A stretch of DNA of 64,000 nt from Eledone cirrhosa (Eukaryota), in the NCBI GenBank assembly GCA_964016885.1, contig CAXHJY010000103.1, positions 6,432 through 70,431 of the forward strand. Direction: 5' to 3'. Positions 12,418 to 25,382 of this stretch are shown in pieces (position 1 is the stretch's first letter; each line of letters begins with the position of its first letter). The notes below the pieces were generated by a model. It made no database searches. It had not been told where the DNA came from and saw nothing but the letters and a program-made list of their open reading frames with translations. The translations under genes were made by a program, and so were the position numbers.

Positions 12418-13720
12418 ACCCGGCAGCAACAACAAAAGTAACAGCAGCTCTGACGACAACAACAACAATAAGAAAGAAAAACCAATCTCGTTTGCAGGTA
12501 TCGCAAAGAACCTGGAAACCATCCAACATATGAGGAATTACAGAAAGCAAGGAAGATGGTGACGAAAACAGGATACCGAGCAATCTGCAAGGCAGCCGAA
12601 GAATTTTTCGAAACCCAACAACACTGTACGGTCACATACCGTACAGTAAGCACAAAATCACGTAGGGTTGAAAGAGCCACAGAGGCTCAAATACAAAAAG
12701 CCTTAGGATTTGTGTGGCAGCAGAAAACGCATATCACCTGAGGCAAGAAATATGCCACTGTGAACGTGCTTTTTTCCACACGCCAGGAGGCAAAAGCTCA
12801 ATCCTTAGTGACCCTAAGGAGCGAGGAAATGGTGTTGGTGCCCTCCTACTGTGGGCAAAAAATTGTGAGGGTCAAACTGACCCAAGTCCTCCCTGGGATG
12901 GCCCCTTCTTGGCTGGCCACGTCTGTCCTCGTCAGAATCGAGGACAAAACAACTGTACTGCAAGTACAGAAAAAAGTACGAGCAGATTGGGTCGGCGCCT
13001 CCATTGAGATGTTAATTCAAACTGACCAGGAGTGTATCGAAGCTATCCCGGATGTGATAGACTTCGATAACAGCACTCAACTTTCCATAAGTGTTGAGGG
13101 CAAACGCCCGAAATGCTTTCGCTGTGGGTCGAAAACTCACCTCAGGGCCTTTTGCAATGAGAAGACCCTGAGAAAGGAGAAAACCCCCCTCCTTCCGAAA
13201 CCGGCCCCACTGCAACCATCACCAACAAGATCAAGTGAAAGAGTGGAGCTGGTACCCCTCCCTGACCTCACAGAATCGGACATGGAGTGTGAGGTGAGAG
13301 AGGGATGGCAAAAGGTCACAAGAAGGCACAAACGCAGAAGCAGTGCATCGTCGCCTTCGAAAAGGGAGGGAAGAGATGAAAAAAGGGTAAAGGCTACTGC
13401 AAAGAGACTTACAGCAGCAACACCACCAACACCATCACCACCCACACTAGCACTACCATCACCACTGGCAGCAACCCCACCGCCGACAACAACAACACCT
13501 TCAACACCACCACCACAAGCACCAACATCGCAAACACAACAACAAAACACACACACCCAGCAACAACGACAAGAAAATAGCAAAACCCCACCCACCCCCC
13601 AAAAAAAAAGAAATGCACAGCAATAAATACACACAACAAGAAACTAATGACTTACATAATTGAACACAGACATTTCACAGCACGACTACATAATACCAGC
13701 ACCAATCAAAACACCAATCC
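12418..13720 (+). mobile_element. LINE ORF1 (gag-like) remnant with CCHC zinc knuckle
   Basis: ORF 12760-13626 contains CFRCGSKTHLRAFC, GWQKVTRR and a Pro/Thr/Gln-rich tail typical of Tx1-type ORF1. Confidence 0.7.
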
Positions 13721-14204
13721 TTTATTATTAATGAAAATGATGGTGGTAATTATAACAACAATGTCTATAATGCTAACATACTTAACACGTCTACTAACAG
13801 CCGTTTGGGTAAAAATAACCATAGCATACATAATCCCCTTAATACAATAGTACCTAGTAACTGCAGGAACTGTAACCATAGGGCCCCTAATAACTGCCCA
13901 CTACAGGTTCACTGGCTGGTTAGAAATGTGATCTATAAGTGCACAGTCACTATGAATAATAGTATTAATTCTGACATAGGAGCTACCACTAATAATTTCA
14001 AGACTAGATTTAGATCTGACCTTCATTGTTAAAAATAGAAAACTTAGGAGCTCAGCTTCTCTTGCTAACTATATCACTCAATTAACTTAATCTAACACTA
14101 ATTACATAACTCAATGGCGTATAATAGACAGGGCAGCCTCATATAATTTTAAGAAGAAATGCAACTTATGTCTGATGGAGGCATATTATATCATATCCTC
14201 CAAG

Positions 14205-14395
14205 GGCGGTGGATTGGCAGTATCGGTAGAGGGTCGGACGCCATGCTTTGTAGCAAAAGAGTTACGGCCCTTGCCATTCTGAGTTCAAATCCTGTCGAGG
14301 TTGACTTTGCCTTTCATCCTTAAGAGGTCGATAAAATAAAGTACCAGTAATGCATTGGGTAATTGCTGGCCTTGTGCCAAAAGTAGAAACAATTA
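14205..14395 (+). mobile_element. SINE family A
   Basis: Matches reverse complement of 5333-5516. Confidence 0.9.
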
Positions 14396-15042
14396 TATTA
14401 TATGCTCCATATCTACACTAATTAACAATAGAGCTGAAACAGTAATCAACTGCTCACATAGACTTCCCTATTCCTTCTCTAACAGAATCTATGATCCCAT
14501 ATAACCAACTAAATTGTTCAGACCTAAAATTCCCCCCTCAACCATAAAGTATATCCCCTGTTAACTATTTAATATAAACTAGTCAACATCTTTTAATAAC
14601 ATTTTTTTTTTCTTTCTTTTACGTTTTAAAATGTAATGTTCGCTTTATGACACTATTCTGTACCACATTACCAAGCAATTATATGCAGCCACAACACTAG
14701 ACCACCGCAGCTTATGATTGATAGTTTAATTTAAGACTGAAAGCCTTGGTCAGCCATACACTATTTAACCTATACTCTATTAATATCACATAATTTTGGG
14801 AGGCCACAACTTAATTTACAAATACACCACAGGTATCTCCCTTAGGATAATTACACTCTTTTAACACTGCCATTTTAAAAATTAAAAATAAAATAAATAA
14901 CCGACTAACTATGAATGCCAATGTGTTCTTATACCTCCAAGCATTCTTCTTAAAGAATAGACATATCATGAATGTGTAGCTTTACTTTGCTGTCGAACGA
15001 ATTAGACTTTCCTTCAAGCAACATCTATATGGACAATCATTT

Positions 15043-15442
15043 TTCTCTGATGAGTCTTATAAGTGTATCTTTACTGTAGTATATATACACACATATATGT
15101 CTACCTACTGTATTAGTGGAGGCACGTGGCCTAGTGGCAACGGTGTTGGACTTACGATCATAATGTCGTGGGTTCGATTCCTGGGCTGCGTGTTGTGTTC
15201 TTGAGCAAAACACTTCATTTCACGTTGCTCTGGTATACTCAGCTGAAAATGAGTACCAGCAATAGCTGGGAGTTTAACCCTGTGGTGGACTGGTGTCCTG
15301 TCCAGGGGAAGTCCTGTACTCTCAGTCGCTTCATGCCATGAAACCGGGATAAGCACTAGCCAAATGAGCCTTCTGGCTTAAGACAAACTTTAGACTTAGA
15401 CTGTATTATAAATGTACTTGAAGATGAAACACTGTGTAAGAA
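15043..15442 (+). ncRNA. Type I hammerhead motif of the Penelope 3' repeat, split by a SINE
   Basis: ttct-CTGATGA-gtctt...aagat-GAA-acactgtgt-A-agaa; SINE at 15116-15408 lies in stem II. Confidence 0.7.
15116..15408 (+). mobile_element. tRNA-derived SINE with 9-bp target-site duplication
   Basis: tggcctagtgg..ggttcgattcc head; ACTGTATTA at 15107-15115 and 15400-15408. Confidence 0.9.
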
Positions 15443-16014
15443 TTAAATCTTGTTTTTAAATGTCTTGCTTTCTCCTCCATATATTTTTGATTATACCCGT
15501 TCTGCTTGCCTTCTCCCTTAACTCTCCTTAAATATTAACTCCGCTATAATATTTAACATTGCATCTCTAAGCATCGAGCATGCTTTGTTTCGGCTATAGG
15601 CATCTAATATATTATATCATAGTTCATTCTCCTCTATTCTTATGATATAATGCTCTTACTTTTATATATATATATATATATATATATAATTAGTAATAAG
15701 ATGTATCATACCTATCCTGTCCGCATGTATCTGTGTGTTTCTCAATATATTGTTTATAACTCCCTCTGGTCGAGTAATCCTTGAAGTGTAGTGACTGCTG
15801 GAAAGCTACCATTACTCATACTTCTTGCCTCCTTAACCACCTCTTCTACGGCCTCGATATAAATACCCCCTCCGCCTCTGTGGTATTTTTTTCAGGGTTA
15901 TAAGAGGCTTAGCTCTGTTTCTTGACCGCTGTATCACGTGATTGACTCCCCCTCCGCCTTTTGGGATTCTATCTCGCATCTTACAGACGTGTTTTTGAAG
16001 CCCTTAATGAGGTA

Positions 16015-16104
16015 TCCTCTTGATAAGTCGGCAGACCTCACAAAAACTCTATATCTCTGTGATGTATTGTTTTTGATTATGCCACGAAACTACGTAGTCG
16101 AGGA
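16015..16104 (+). ncRNA. Type I hammerhead motif with U3-A8 core
   Basis: tcctc-TTGATAA-gt(c)ggca...tgccac-GAA-actacgtagt-C-gagga; 5-bp stem I, palindromic stem III, GUC site. Confidence 0.7.
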
Positions 16105-16336
16105 ATTTAGAAGCAGTTTAGGTATGATACATCTTATTACTAATTATATCTAATGTTTCTTCTCTCTTCATAATGTACTTTATAGCTCTGATACTGGTTC
16201 AGTCTAATCCATTCGGATTGGTTTGTCCCAGTTATTCATAGAGCAACATCGGTTAAGGTTGGCACCATTAACTCAAGGATGGATGTGGATATATTCATGT
16301 ATATGTGTGTGTCCGCATGTATCTGTGTGTTTCTCA

Positions 16337-16384
<48 letters not shown>

Positions 16385-17320
16385 GTGACAAAGGCACTGT
16401 GTGGTTACTAATAAATATTGTTTAGAAAACGTAAGAGAAACACAAACATAAGGACAATTCCCACTCTTTGGCTGTCTGCTGTGGGTCGCTGACGTTTCCA
16501 CGCATTAAAGACAGTACATCTCACCACAGGGCATTAATAACTAAGAGGAATAGTTATTAGGGAAGAACCCCCCCCCCCCAAAAAAAAAAACAGAATCGAT
16601 AGTGAAGAGAACAGAAAAAGGAAATAAACGTTTTTTTAATTTGATATAAGTATGTATGTATGTATGTATCTATCCCAGTACAACCTGTCTCATTGTCGGG
16701 TCGTTGGCGACTAAACTGGCAACCCCACCAAGGTTTCTTGGTGAGGAGGGTGACTTTGGACATCCTGCAGGACTAAAAACAAAACCTGTCAAAGGGCAAA
16801 GGAGCTCTTAAGAGTCAATGGCCATCCAAAATCACTGGGAGAGATGACCCCTTAGCCTTTGTCAAGGCAGAATTCTAGGAGAAGGAAAACTCTGATATAA
16901 CACCTGCAACTCTGATGGTATCCAATGATGTTGACTTGTTCTTCTTTTTGGTAAATATCATCTTGGTTAAGAGAGTGGGACTGGCTTTGTGCAGTGCCTT
17001 TGCTCACTATAAAAGCTTCACATCACAGGCATTGCTTTATATCTAGAGATCTCTCTGCACTTGTCATCACATGGTATCATGGGCCCAGCACTATGTGTCA
17101 ATATTTGTCACAAGTGTAGTGTTTGTACCAGAGTTTTCAAGTCGCTGGCTGGACTAAAAAGTCACACTCGTTCAGCGCATCAGTAGGAGTTCTCCTACAT
17201 GGATATAAAGTAGTGGCCGTACTCGAAAACGAGTTGGCAGCCACCATGTATGTATGTATGTGTTAAGTATTTCCATAGAAAGGTAATGGGAAGAAGAGTG
17301 TTCAATATATTGTAAAGAGC

Positions 17321-17495
17321 TATTTAATTACACAATAAACAACACAATATAATTATTTCATTTACAGAAGGTTTCAAGAACTAGATGATTCTTGCAAGAA
17401 ATGTCCAGCTCGTTCGTCAGACAAAATGATTATTTTGTCTGACAAACAAGCTGGATGAAATAATTATATTGTATTGTTCATTATGTAATTAAATA
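17321..17495. repeat. Fold-back element with hammerhead-like motif on the minus arm
   Basis: Arms atttaattacac..aatataattatttcat/atgaaataattatatt..gtaattaaat; minus strand CTGACGA-..gagctgga..tctagttc..-GAA-ac..gt-A. Confidence 0.65.
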
Positions 17496-18878
17496 TATAT
17501 ATATACATATATGTTAAGTAGTGATAATGATGGTATATATTATTTCTTTCCTTTTCAGTAACAAACAAAGGATAAAGAAAAGAGAGAAACCAATTTTTAT
17601 TTTTTCTTCAGCATCAATCCCCAAATCAAAGACAATTCTTTAACAATATCTCCCTACCCAATATTCCAGAGGGAGCAAAAGGAACTAAAAAGGAAGAAGT
17701 GATACTCCACCACCACCACCACCACCACCAAAAACGACATTTTATTATTATTATTTTTTCTGTTTTCCTTTTCATCATTTACTTTAAACCACTTGTGTTT
17801 ACTGTGTTTTCTGCTAAATTATAAAACTTGTTGAATTAGAAAAATATTTCATGAACTGATTTTGATACCCTACATTTTCTGACTCTATCTCAACAAATCT
17901 ATGGAGAGAACCCTAATTTGATCCAATAAGTTAATTAATCAATCATTACTAATGGATACTTGATTAGTGTCAAGAATTATACAATCCAGCATCATCATTC
18001 TTATAATTAATCTTTTGCTGGTTTCAGTCATTGGATTGAGGCCATGCTGGGGCACTAGATTAAAGGGTTTTTAGTTGAGTTTATTGACAGAGAATTGGTA
18101 GTAGAGATGTTAAAGTGTTGGATTAAATGCCTTAGTATTTGTTCCAGCTTTCTATGCTTTGAGTTCAAATCCTGCCAAAAGTCATAACAATCAGTATCAG
18201 CAATGGAACCATAGCTTCATTAGTCTGATTTAATGATTGGCTTCTTTCTTTTATTGACAACAGTACTTATTTTATTGATCTCTAATTGTTTAATACATAC
18301 ACAAACCACTCAGCAAATGATTAACCATATTATGTTTAACTTAAGATCAAAACTCGAACAACATTATGGTACCAGGTTTGATCCTACTGTGAGTTGAGGA
18401 GGACAGCAACAGTGTGGAAGCCTGTTGTATGTTTACACACACACACACACATATATAATAATAATGAAGGTGTGTGGCTCAATGGTTGTAGGTTTGAGCT
18501 CACAATCGTAAGGTTTTCAGTTCAAATCCTGGACTGGGGAGTGTGTTGTGTACTTGAGCAAGATATGTTGTTCCAATTTACTCAGCTGTAGAAATGGGTT
18601 GCAACATCACTGGTGTCAAACTGTATCGGTCATTGCCTTTCCCTTGGACAACATCGATAGCATGGAGAGGGGAGGTTGATATGCATGGGTGACTGCTGGT
18701 TTTCCACAAACACACCTTGCCTCAGAAAGTAACTTTCAAGGTGCAAAACCATGCTCATTCATGACTGAAGTGGCCCTACGATAATAATAATGAACAGGAA
18801 TGAAGTATCAATATAGCATCATTATGTTTATTCACACATTACTGGGTAATTGCTGGCCTTGTGCCAAAAGTAGAAACA

Positions 18879-19030
18879 ATTATGTTTATTCACACATGAC
18901 ACATGTTTCACAATTGATCAGCTGAAATTACAATTGGTAGTGATCAGGCCCTTGATTCTAGAGATGAGCCTACTGATTGTAGCTTGAGATGATCAATAAT
19001 GAAACACATGTTATGTGATTAAACATAATT
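18879..19030. repeat. Fold-back element with degenerate hammerhead 3' half
   Basis: Arms attatgttta..acatgtttca/tgaaacacatgt..taaacataat; GAA-acatgtgt-C on one arm and GAA-acacatgt on the other. Confidence 0.6.
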
Positions 19031-19211
19031 GTTTCTACTTTAGGCACAAGGCCAGCAATTACCCAGTGCATTACTGGTACTTTATTTTATCGACCCCGTA
19101 AGGATGAAAGGCAAAGTCAACCTCGGCGGGATTTGAACTCAGATCGTAAAGGGACGTAACTATGCTAGAAAGCATGGCGTCCGACACTCCACCGATACTG
19201 CCAATCCACCA
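19026..19211 (-). mobile_element. SINE family A
   Basis: Near-identical to 5333-5516. Confidence 0.9.
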
Positions 19212-20425
19212 CATAATGATATTATATTGATATTTCATTCCTGCTCCTTATTATTATTAATACTCTGTTTCTTATGGATACCAACTATGGTGAAATACCA
19301 AACATAGAATCCCACATTGGTAGCCGGACACAAATATTAGCTTTGAGTGTTCAAACTGATGAGCCAGCAGTATCTAAACATTACACATCAATACACTATA
19401 TATATATGTGTGTGTGTGTCTGTCTGTCTAACAGCATCAAGTGCTTCGACCAGTGTCGTAACTAATGACCACAAGTTACTCACATAATAACATATATATA
19501 TATATATATAATTGTATATATCGAATTATACGTATTTCAGTGATACCAGTGCAGAGCTGTTATGCAATCATCCCCACAGCCACTGGCACCAGTGACATTA
19601 TGAGATGTTCACACAATTATGAGTTGATATGTCCTAGGCAAAGACTTCCATGGTTGCAAAAGTCTAGTGAAGTATATATATATATATATAAAAGTGTTAC
19701 TGGTTAAGACCAGTAAGACCCTTATTCAACTTAGTACTCAATTGTGAGGCTGTGAGTTCAATTCCTGGACCAGATGGTTTGTTGTGTCCTTCAACAAGAC
19801 ACTTAATTTCATGTCACTCCAGTTCACTCAGCTGGAAAAGTGAATTGCAAGGTGACTGGTGCTAAGCTGAATTAACCTTTGTTTTTCTCTTGGACAACAT
19901 CAGTGGTGTGGAGAGGGGAGACCAGTATGCCTGGGCAACTTCTGATCTTCCATAAAACACCTTGCCCAGGCTTATGCCTCTGAAGGAAACTTTCCAGGTG
20001 CAAATTACTCTATACTTACGAAAAGTAGAGTGTAAATATTATAAGAGTTTTCTTCTATACAGAAAACTTTTACTAAATGGTTAGCAGATAAATAACTGAA
20101 TGTAATTTAATTCAATATATAAACAGTGATGAATATGATTATATATATATATATATAACGGCGATGAATTAGTTTTGCGAGGTTTTTGATATGAAATCGT
20201 GCAACGAAATAACTTTGATAAACTATATATATGTGTTGTGTTTGTGTCTATATTGTATCTGTATTATTTTTGACTGTTGGTCAGTCAATGGCAACATTGA
20301 GGACCGAATAAATTAGATTACCGATATAAAAGACACAGAAGCGAAAAGTGAAAACCAACCAAACAGTGAGTGTGTTCTGTTATTAATTCTGGCAATGTTA
20401 CACAAATATGACCCTCCCCAAGTAT

Positions 20426-20463
<38 letters not shown>

Positions 20464-20704
20464 ATACTTTGGGAGGGTCATGTTGCCAATAAGAATCTTG
20501 CCAATGAAGAATCTTGCTAAACAAATTCAGAAACGAAATATATATATATATATATATATAAATACAAATATATATATATTAATAATAGTAATATTTATGC
20601 AACAATTGTCAGTGATTAAGTATCATGCACTTTTAATTTTGGTTTATAAGCACATTGTAATTCCATCCCGCCCGTCCCCTCAATCTATCTTATTTCTCAT
20701 TTTT

Positions 20705-20740
20705 TCTTCTGATGAAGGACTAGCGTCCGAAATGTTAAGA
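20705..20740 (+). ncRNA. Minimal type I hammerhead motif
   Basis: tctt-CTGATGA-a-ggac-tagc-gtcc-GAA-atgt-T-aaga. Confidence 0.7.
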
Positions 20741-20824
20741 CCCTCTTCCTACTATATCAAGCGTTAACCTAATATATCCCTAACATATACTGTACCGATT
20801 GTGTTGTTATTTCTGTTTACCTTT

Positions 20825-20862
<38 letters not shown>

Positions 20863-22210
20863 AAAATTGTCAGGATCCCAACAGCTGAGCTCCTGCCATT
20901 TCAACAGCTAGATCCGTGTGTGTGTATCAGTTGGCTAAACATAGATCAATAAAATAAATAACAAATTGGATTAAGTAGTCATATCAATATGATGACTAAA
21001 ACTCTACAACTGCACAACTGCAGTTCAACAATTGAAACCAACAAAACACTGGCTTTTGTCTTCTTTTTTTAAAAAACTATTTTCTTTGTATTTTTCTTAT
21101 ATTTGTTCAATTATCTACTTTATCTGAATAAAATGTTTAAAAACAACCAAATTTCATGTCAATATTATTCCAGTGGATTGGTAATATCAGTAGAGCGTCA
21201 GACATGCTTTATGGCATAGAGTTACGCCTCTTTACAATCTGAATTCAAATCCTGCTGAAGTTAACTTAGCCTTTCATCCTTACAGGGTCGATAAAATAAA
21301 GCGCCAGTAATGCACTGGGGTTGATTTAGACTACTTTCTCCTCCCCCAAAATTGTTGGCCTTGTGCCTAAATCAGAAGCCAATATTATTATTTCTTTTAA
21401 GTGGCTGGGAAGGGTGACAGATATATGGTCACCCTGCCTGGACTGAGCTAGTTGACCAATGGCCTGCTTATTTCCCTGCATCACTGGCTGATGGTCTGTC
21501 TGCCTGGTAGACTGCCATGTATGTAGGCACACACCCAGCCAAGTCTATCAGCTAAATAAGCAAGGTAGTTAACCTTCTAAACAACACTAACAGATATGGA
21601 ACCCTTTACAAGCACACAGTTTAGTACATAAACCATCTAACAGGCACACTTGTAGTCAAATGCTGACAAACTGTCTGAGGTCTGGATTTAGGTTTTCAAC
21701 AAAGTTTCTGTTTATGCTGCTAGTCATCACTTAACCCTTAAGTATTTAAACCGGCCGTATCCAGCCAGAATTCTCTCACCTCTTTCTGTTCAGACCAGCT
21801 GTAACTGGCCACTTATACTGGTAAAGACAACAGAAAAACAGACAGTCCCATCTCCTCAGTCAACCTCTGGAGATCACTATAGTTTCATAGCTTTAAGGTT
21901 GATACTGTTCAATCAATTGCATATTAGAACACAACAAAACAGGTAAGAACAAAGATAGGACGAGTTACCTTTCAGCGAATTACACAAGTATAGATGAAAA
22001 CAGAAAAAAAGAAAAAATACTACAAATCAAAGTTTGTTAACTGAAAAAGAAGGGAAAATGAAAGTCAACAAGTGCACAAATGCTTGGCCAAAGGAAAGGG
22101 AAATATAGAAAGGAGAGAAATAAAGACAATAAGTCCAGCATGTAGACAATGAGGTGTTGAAAAGTAGGAAGGCAGAATAAAGAAAGACAGATAGGGTGGT
22201 GTGACATCTA

Positions 22211-22437
22211 TTAACCTTTTAGCATTTAAACCAGCTGTATCCGGTCAGAACTCTCTCACCTCTTTCTATTCAAACCAGCCATGACTAGCCACTCATACTG
22301 ACGTTAAGGTATTGTTCTCAAAATAAATAATATCAAAATCTCATAGATTCAATATTATGTAAGATAATTGTGAGCCAAAGCCTTTACCACGAAAATACAA
22401 TAGTAAATATAGAGTAATGTAAATGCTAAAGGGTTAA
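22211..22437 (+). mobile_element. piggyBac-like MITE
   Basis: TTAA-flanked TIRs ccttttagcattta/taaatgctaaaggg; related copies near 21731, 41996-42208, 54430-54615, 54885-55058. Confidence 0.75.
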
Positions 22438-22576
22438 TATGATATAGATATTGCACAGCTTTCACCACCTGTCATTTTCCTTTGGCTTACATTCTCTTGA
22501 GATCAACTCTCCCCACTTCTGTTGATGTCTTCCACTTCTTCATTCCGCTCAATGAAAATCGTGAATATCATTATAT

Positions 22577-22960
22577 TTAACAACCCTGACCACCTTTTTG
22601 AATTCCATGTGTCTAACACCTGTGAACATGCTTACAAAATCAGAAAACAGCACAGCTCCCATGACTTTCAGAAACATCTTTTCATACTCAGAGTTGCTGA
22701 AGCATGGAACAAACTACCTGCATCAGTTATTAACTGTCGAGACACTGAATCCTTCAAAACTTCCATGCTTCCCAAAATTCGCCAACACTACACCTCATAT
22801 TTTCCTGCCACACACACACATGCACGCATGTGTCTGTGTGTGTGTGTATCATGATTCATACACTGTTCACTTTCCTGACTTTTGTACATTATGCTATGTA
22901 CTATACATGCACCTTTGATGAGTTGTAGTGCACCTGACCACTGTACACAATAATTTTCAT
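22577..22960 (+). mobile_element. CR1-type LINE 3' fragment
   Basis: Matches 3' end of 57750-60175; RVAEAWNKLP motif. Confidence 0.85.
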
Positions 22961-22965
22961 TATTA

Positions 22966-23156
22966 TGGCGGTGGATTGGCAGTATCAGTAGAGGGTCGGA
23001 CGCCATGCTTTGACGCATAGAGTTATGGCCCTTTATGGTCTGAGTTCAAATCCCGCCAAGGTTAACTTTGCCTTTCATCCTTACGGGGTCGATAAAATAA
23101 AGTACCAGTAATGCACTGGGTTATTGCTGGCCTTGTGCCTAAAGTAGAAACAATTA
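22966..23156 (+). mobile_element. SINE family A
   Basis: Family consensus match. Confidence 0.9.
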
Positions 23157-23556
23157 TTAATACTGCATATATTAAAAAAATAAAGTTGAAATAAATTAGT
23201 GTTAAAATGAAAGTAATGGAAACAACATAGTTGCAGGCATAGCTGTGTGGTTAAGGAGATCACTTTGCAATCACATGGTTTTGGCTTCCATCCCACTGTG
23301 CAGTGCCTTGAGTCTGTGTATTCTATATTCTCAGGAGAATTTGGGAAACAGAAACTGCAGAAGCCTGTGTGTGTGCGTTTCTGTCCTATAACCTAGTAGT
23401 GCCACAAAAGAGATTGATAAAATAAGTATCAAACTTGAAAAAATAAGAACTGGGGGTGACATGATCAACTTTAAGACAGTGCCCCAGCATGGCCACAGTC
23501 TGAAATCAGTAAAAGAAAAGAAGGAAAAGTAAATACATATGAATCAAAATTTTATT

Positions 23557-24018
23557 TTATTTTATCCTTTGCCAATATTTCTCATATTTTTCTTGAATGT
23601 TTATCATATTTCTAGAGAGAGATTCTTTAATCTGAGATGGTTCTAAAACTGTCAGGAGGTCAGACATTGAACCCAAAAGGTGATACACAAAAGAAACATC
23701 CATCTTTGAATTGCTTACTGATGGTAATACTTCCATTATTTTATTTTCTGAATCTTCTCCTTTATGTTTTTTAGAATGTTCTAGATTGTTTGTTTTGGAC
23801 TGGAACTGAACAGCACTGGTTTCCAGCTGTAATCCCCGAGATGTGTAGGAGTTTAAAAAAGACGTGGTTTCAAGAAGGTACATCAATACAGTCTCATTGC
23901 TAAACCAAGGCATAAATTTCAACATCAAAACCAAGTTGGTAAACACCTGGGAAATCACCAAGAGGACAAATATCACATTTGTTGTTTGGTTGAGAACATT
24001 CTCAGAGAGGATTAGTTT
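23557..24018 (-). CDS. GEMIN4: GEMIN4-like, last coding exon
   Basis: AG acceptor, phase 0, ends TAA with overlapping AATAAA; LLVISQVFTNLVLMLKFM..LLET resembles recalled human GEMIN4 LFVYTQVFCHALHIM..ALET. Confidence 0.8.
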   Translation of the reverse strand, partial: KLILSENVLNQTTNVIFVLLVISQVFTNLVLMLKFMPWFSNETVLMYLLETTSFLNSYTSRGLQLETSAVQFQSKTNNLEHSKKHKGEDSENKIMEVLPSVSNSKMDVSFVYHLLGSMSDLLTVLEPSQIKESLSRNMINIQEKYEKYWQRIK

Positions 24019-24604
24019 CTGGAATGAGAAATGATAAGAAAAAAAAAATTATATCATAGAAACATAAGGAAAACAGTGTTGTTGTTGTTGATGGTCGTGA
24101 TGAAGAAGCTGATGATAATGATGGTAATGGTAATGAAGAAGGAGGAGGCAGCAGTGACGATGACATTATTGTTGTTCAATTCCAAGAGGCGATACTCTCC
24201 ACTTTTTCCATATTATATTATATTATATGCCCAGCATGTTTGACTATTTTTATTGTCTAAAAACCTATGTTGAAGTTACTGTCAGCTAAACCCACTTTCA
24301 GAATTAGCTCAAAACTTCTTGAATACAGTTAATTCTTTGTTTACATCTTACTGGCTGACAAATAAGGCTTAAAAATGATGGGTAAGTGGTCAGTTTGCTT
24401 TGGTGAAATGGTAGCACAACAGACTGACATATGTCATGTGTGAGTTCAATTCCCACAGATGATACTGTGCATGTCTTCCATCTCTAGGGGTTTCTATTCC
24501 CAACTTATTTGACTATTTTCATAGTTCAAAAACCCACCTTGAAACAGCTGACATTAAGCTAAAATACTTTTAAGATTATATGTATTAGAATGGTACTTGA
24601 AATA

Positions 24605-24905
24605 TCTTCTTCTTCTCCTACTTATTCCTGAGAGGGTCGTAGGGGCAGAGTCCTTATACACTCCTTCCAGCAGGTCTTATCAGAAGCAACCGTCTTCAAC
24701 TGATCTGGCTGGATCCCCAAGCGAGACCAGCTGAGCTCATGGATGTTATCCAACCATCTTGCTCTCTGTCTCCTAACAGTTGGTTTTGCCCATAAAATCT
24801 GTCCAGCAATTCTTTCCTGAAACATTCTAACCACATGTCCATAGTATTGGAGCTGTGATCTCTCGATTCAGAGAAGTAGTGACTCTACATGGAGTGACTC
24901 AATAT
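24605..24905 (-). mobile_element. RTE-type LINE 3' fragment
   Basis: YGHVVRM..ERIAGQILWAKP..RWLD remnant. Confidence 0.7.
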
Positions 24906-25382
24906 GAGTAAGTAGAGTGTAAATTTTATTTTCTGAGTAGAAGAGTGACAGTGACTTCAAAGTTTCAACTTGATTGCTTTATCTGGCTGTTTATTGTTTA
25001 TTATATGGAACATATTGAGCAAGATGTGGCCCTTGGCCCTGTCTAGGAGGGCAGTAGCTCTGATAAAGTACAGATTGGTTTATAATAATTCATCCAACTA
25101 TACCAGCAGGATCTGGGTTCAATCCTACTGTATGGCTCATTGGGAAAGTAATTCTACTACTATAAGCTCGTCAACCAAAGTCTTGTGAAGTATATTGGTT
25201 AGATGGTGACTGCCCATTGGAGAGACTAGAGATAATAACTCTCCCTTCACCCTGCTTCTGTTAGAGAGACAATAGATGTACTCACTGAACCCCTCACCCA
25301 CTAACCCTCCTCTTGTCATCACTCCTTCTCTCCTCACCCTCCTCCTGATGTCATCAAAGAACCAATAATATGTTTTGCTTAC

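Larger units (their letters stand above)
3913..15495 (+). mobile_element. Degenerate Penelope-like retroelement (RT + GIY-YIG), interrupted by nested insertions at about 6180-13720
   Basis: RT remnants 4056-5300 (LKDH, IRLICP, FDITMGS, LYRDD, NFLDVTL), 5868-6050 (FPPSHKY..VKMSYS..PNL), GIY-YIG remnant 13860-14200 (CPL..VIYKCTV..IGAT..FKTR); 3913-4006 is an inverted copy of the 3' end (15095-15495); hammerhead motif in the 3' repeat. Confidence 0.85.

Noticed and set aside
15116-15190. tRNA-like sequences here and at about 43010 and 14205
   Set aside because: SINE heads continuing into SINE bodies; no complete cloverleaf, so not called tRNA genes.
19355-19375. CTGATGAG box
   Set aside because: No stem II and GAAA partner found; appears to be part of a SINE tail.
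20158-20225. Possible hammerhead (gcGATGA...cGAAA)
   Set aside because: Core and stems too degenerate to support.
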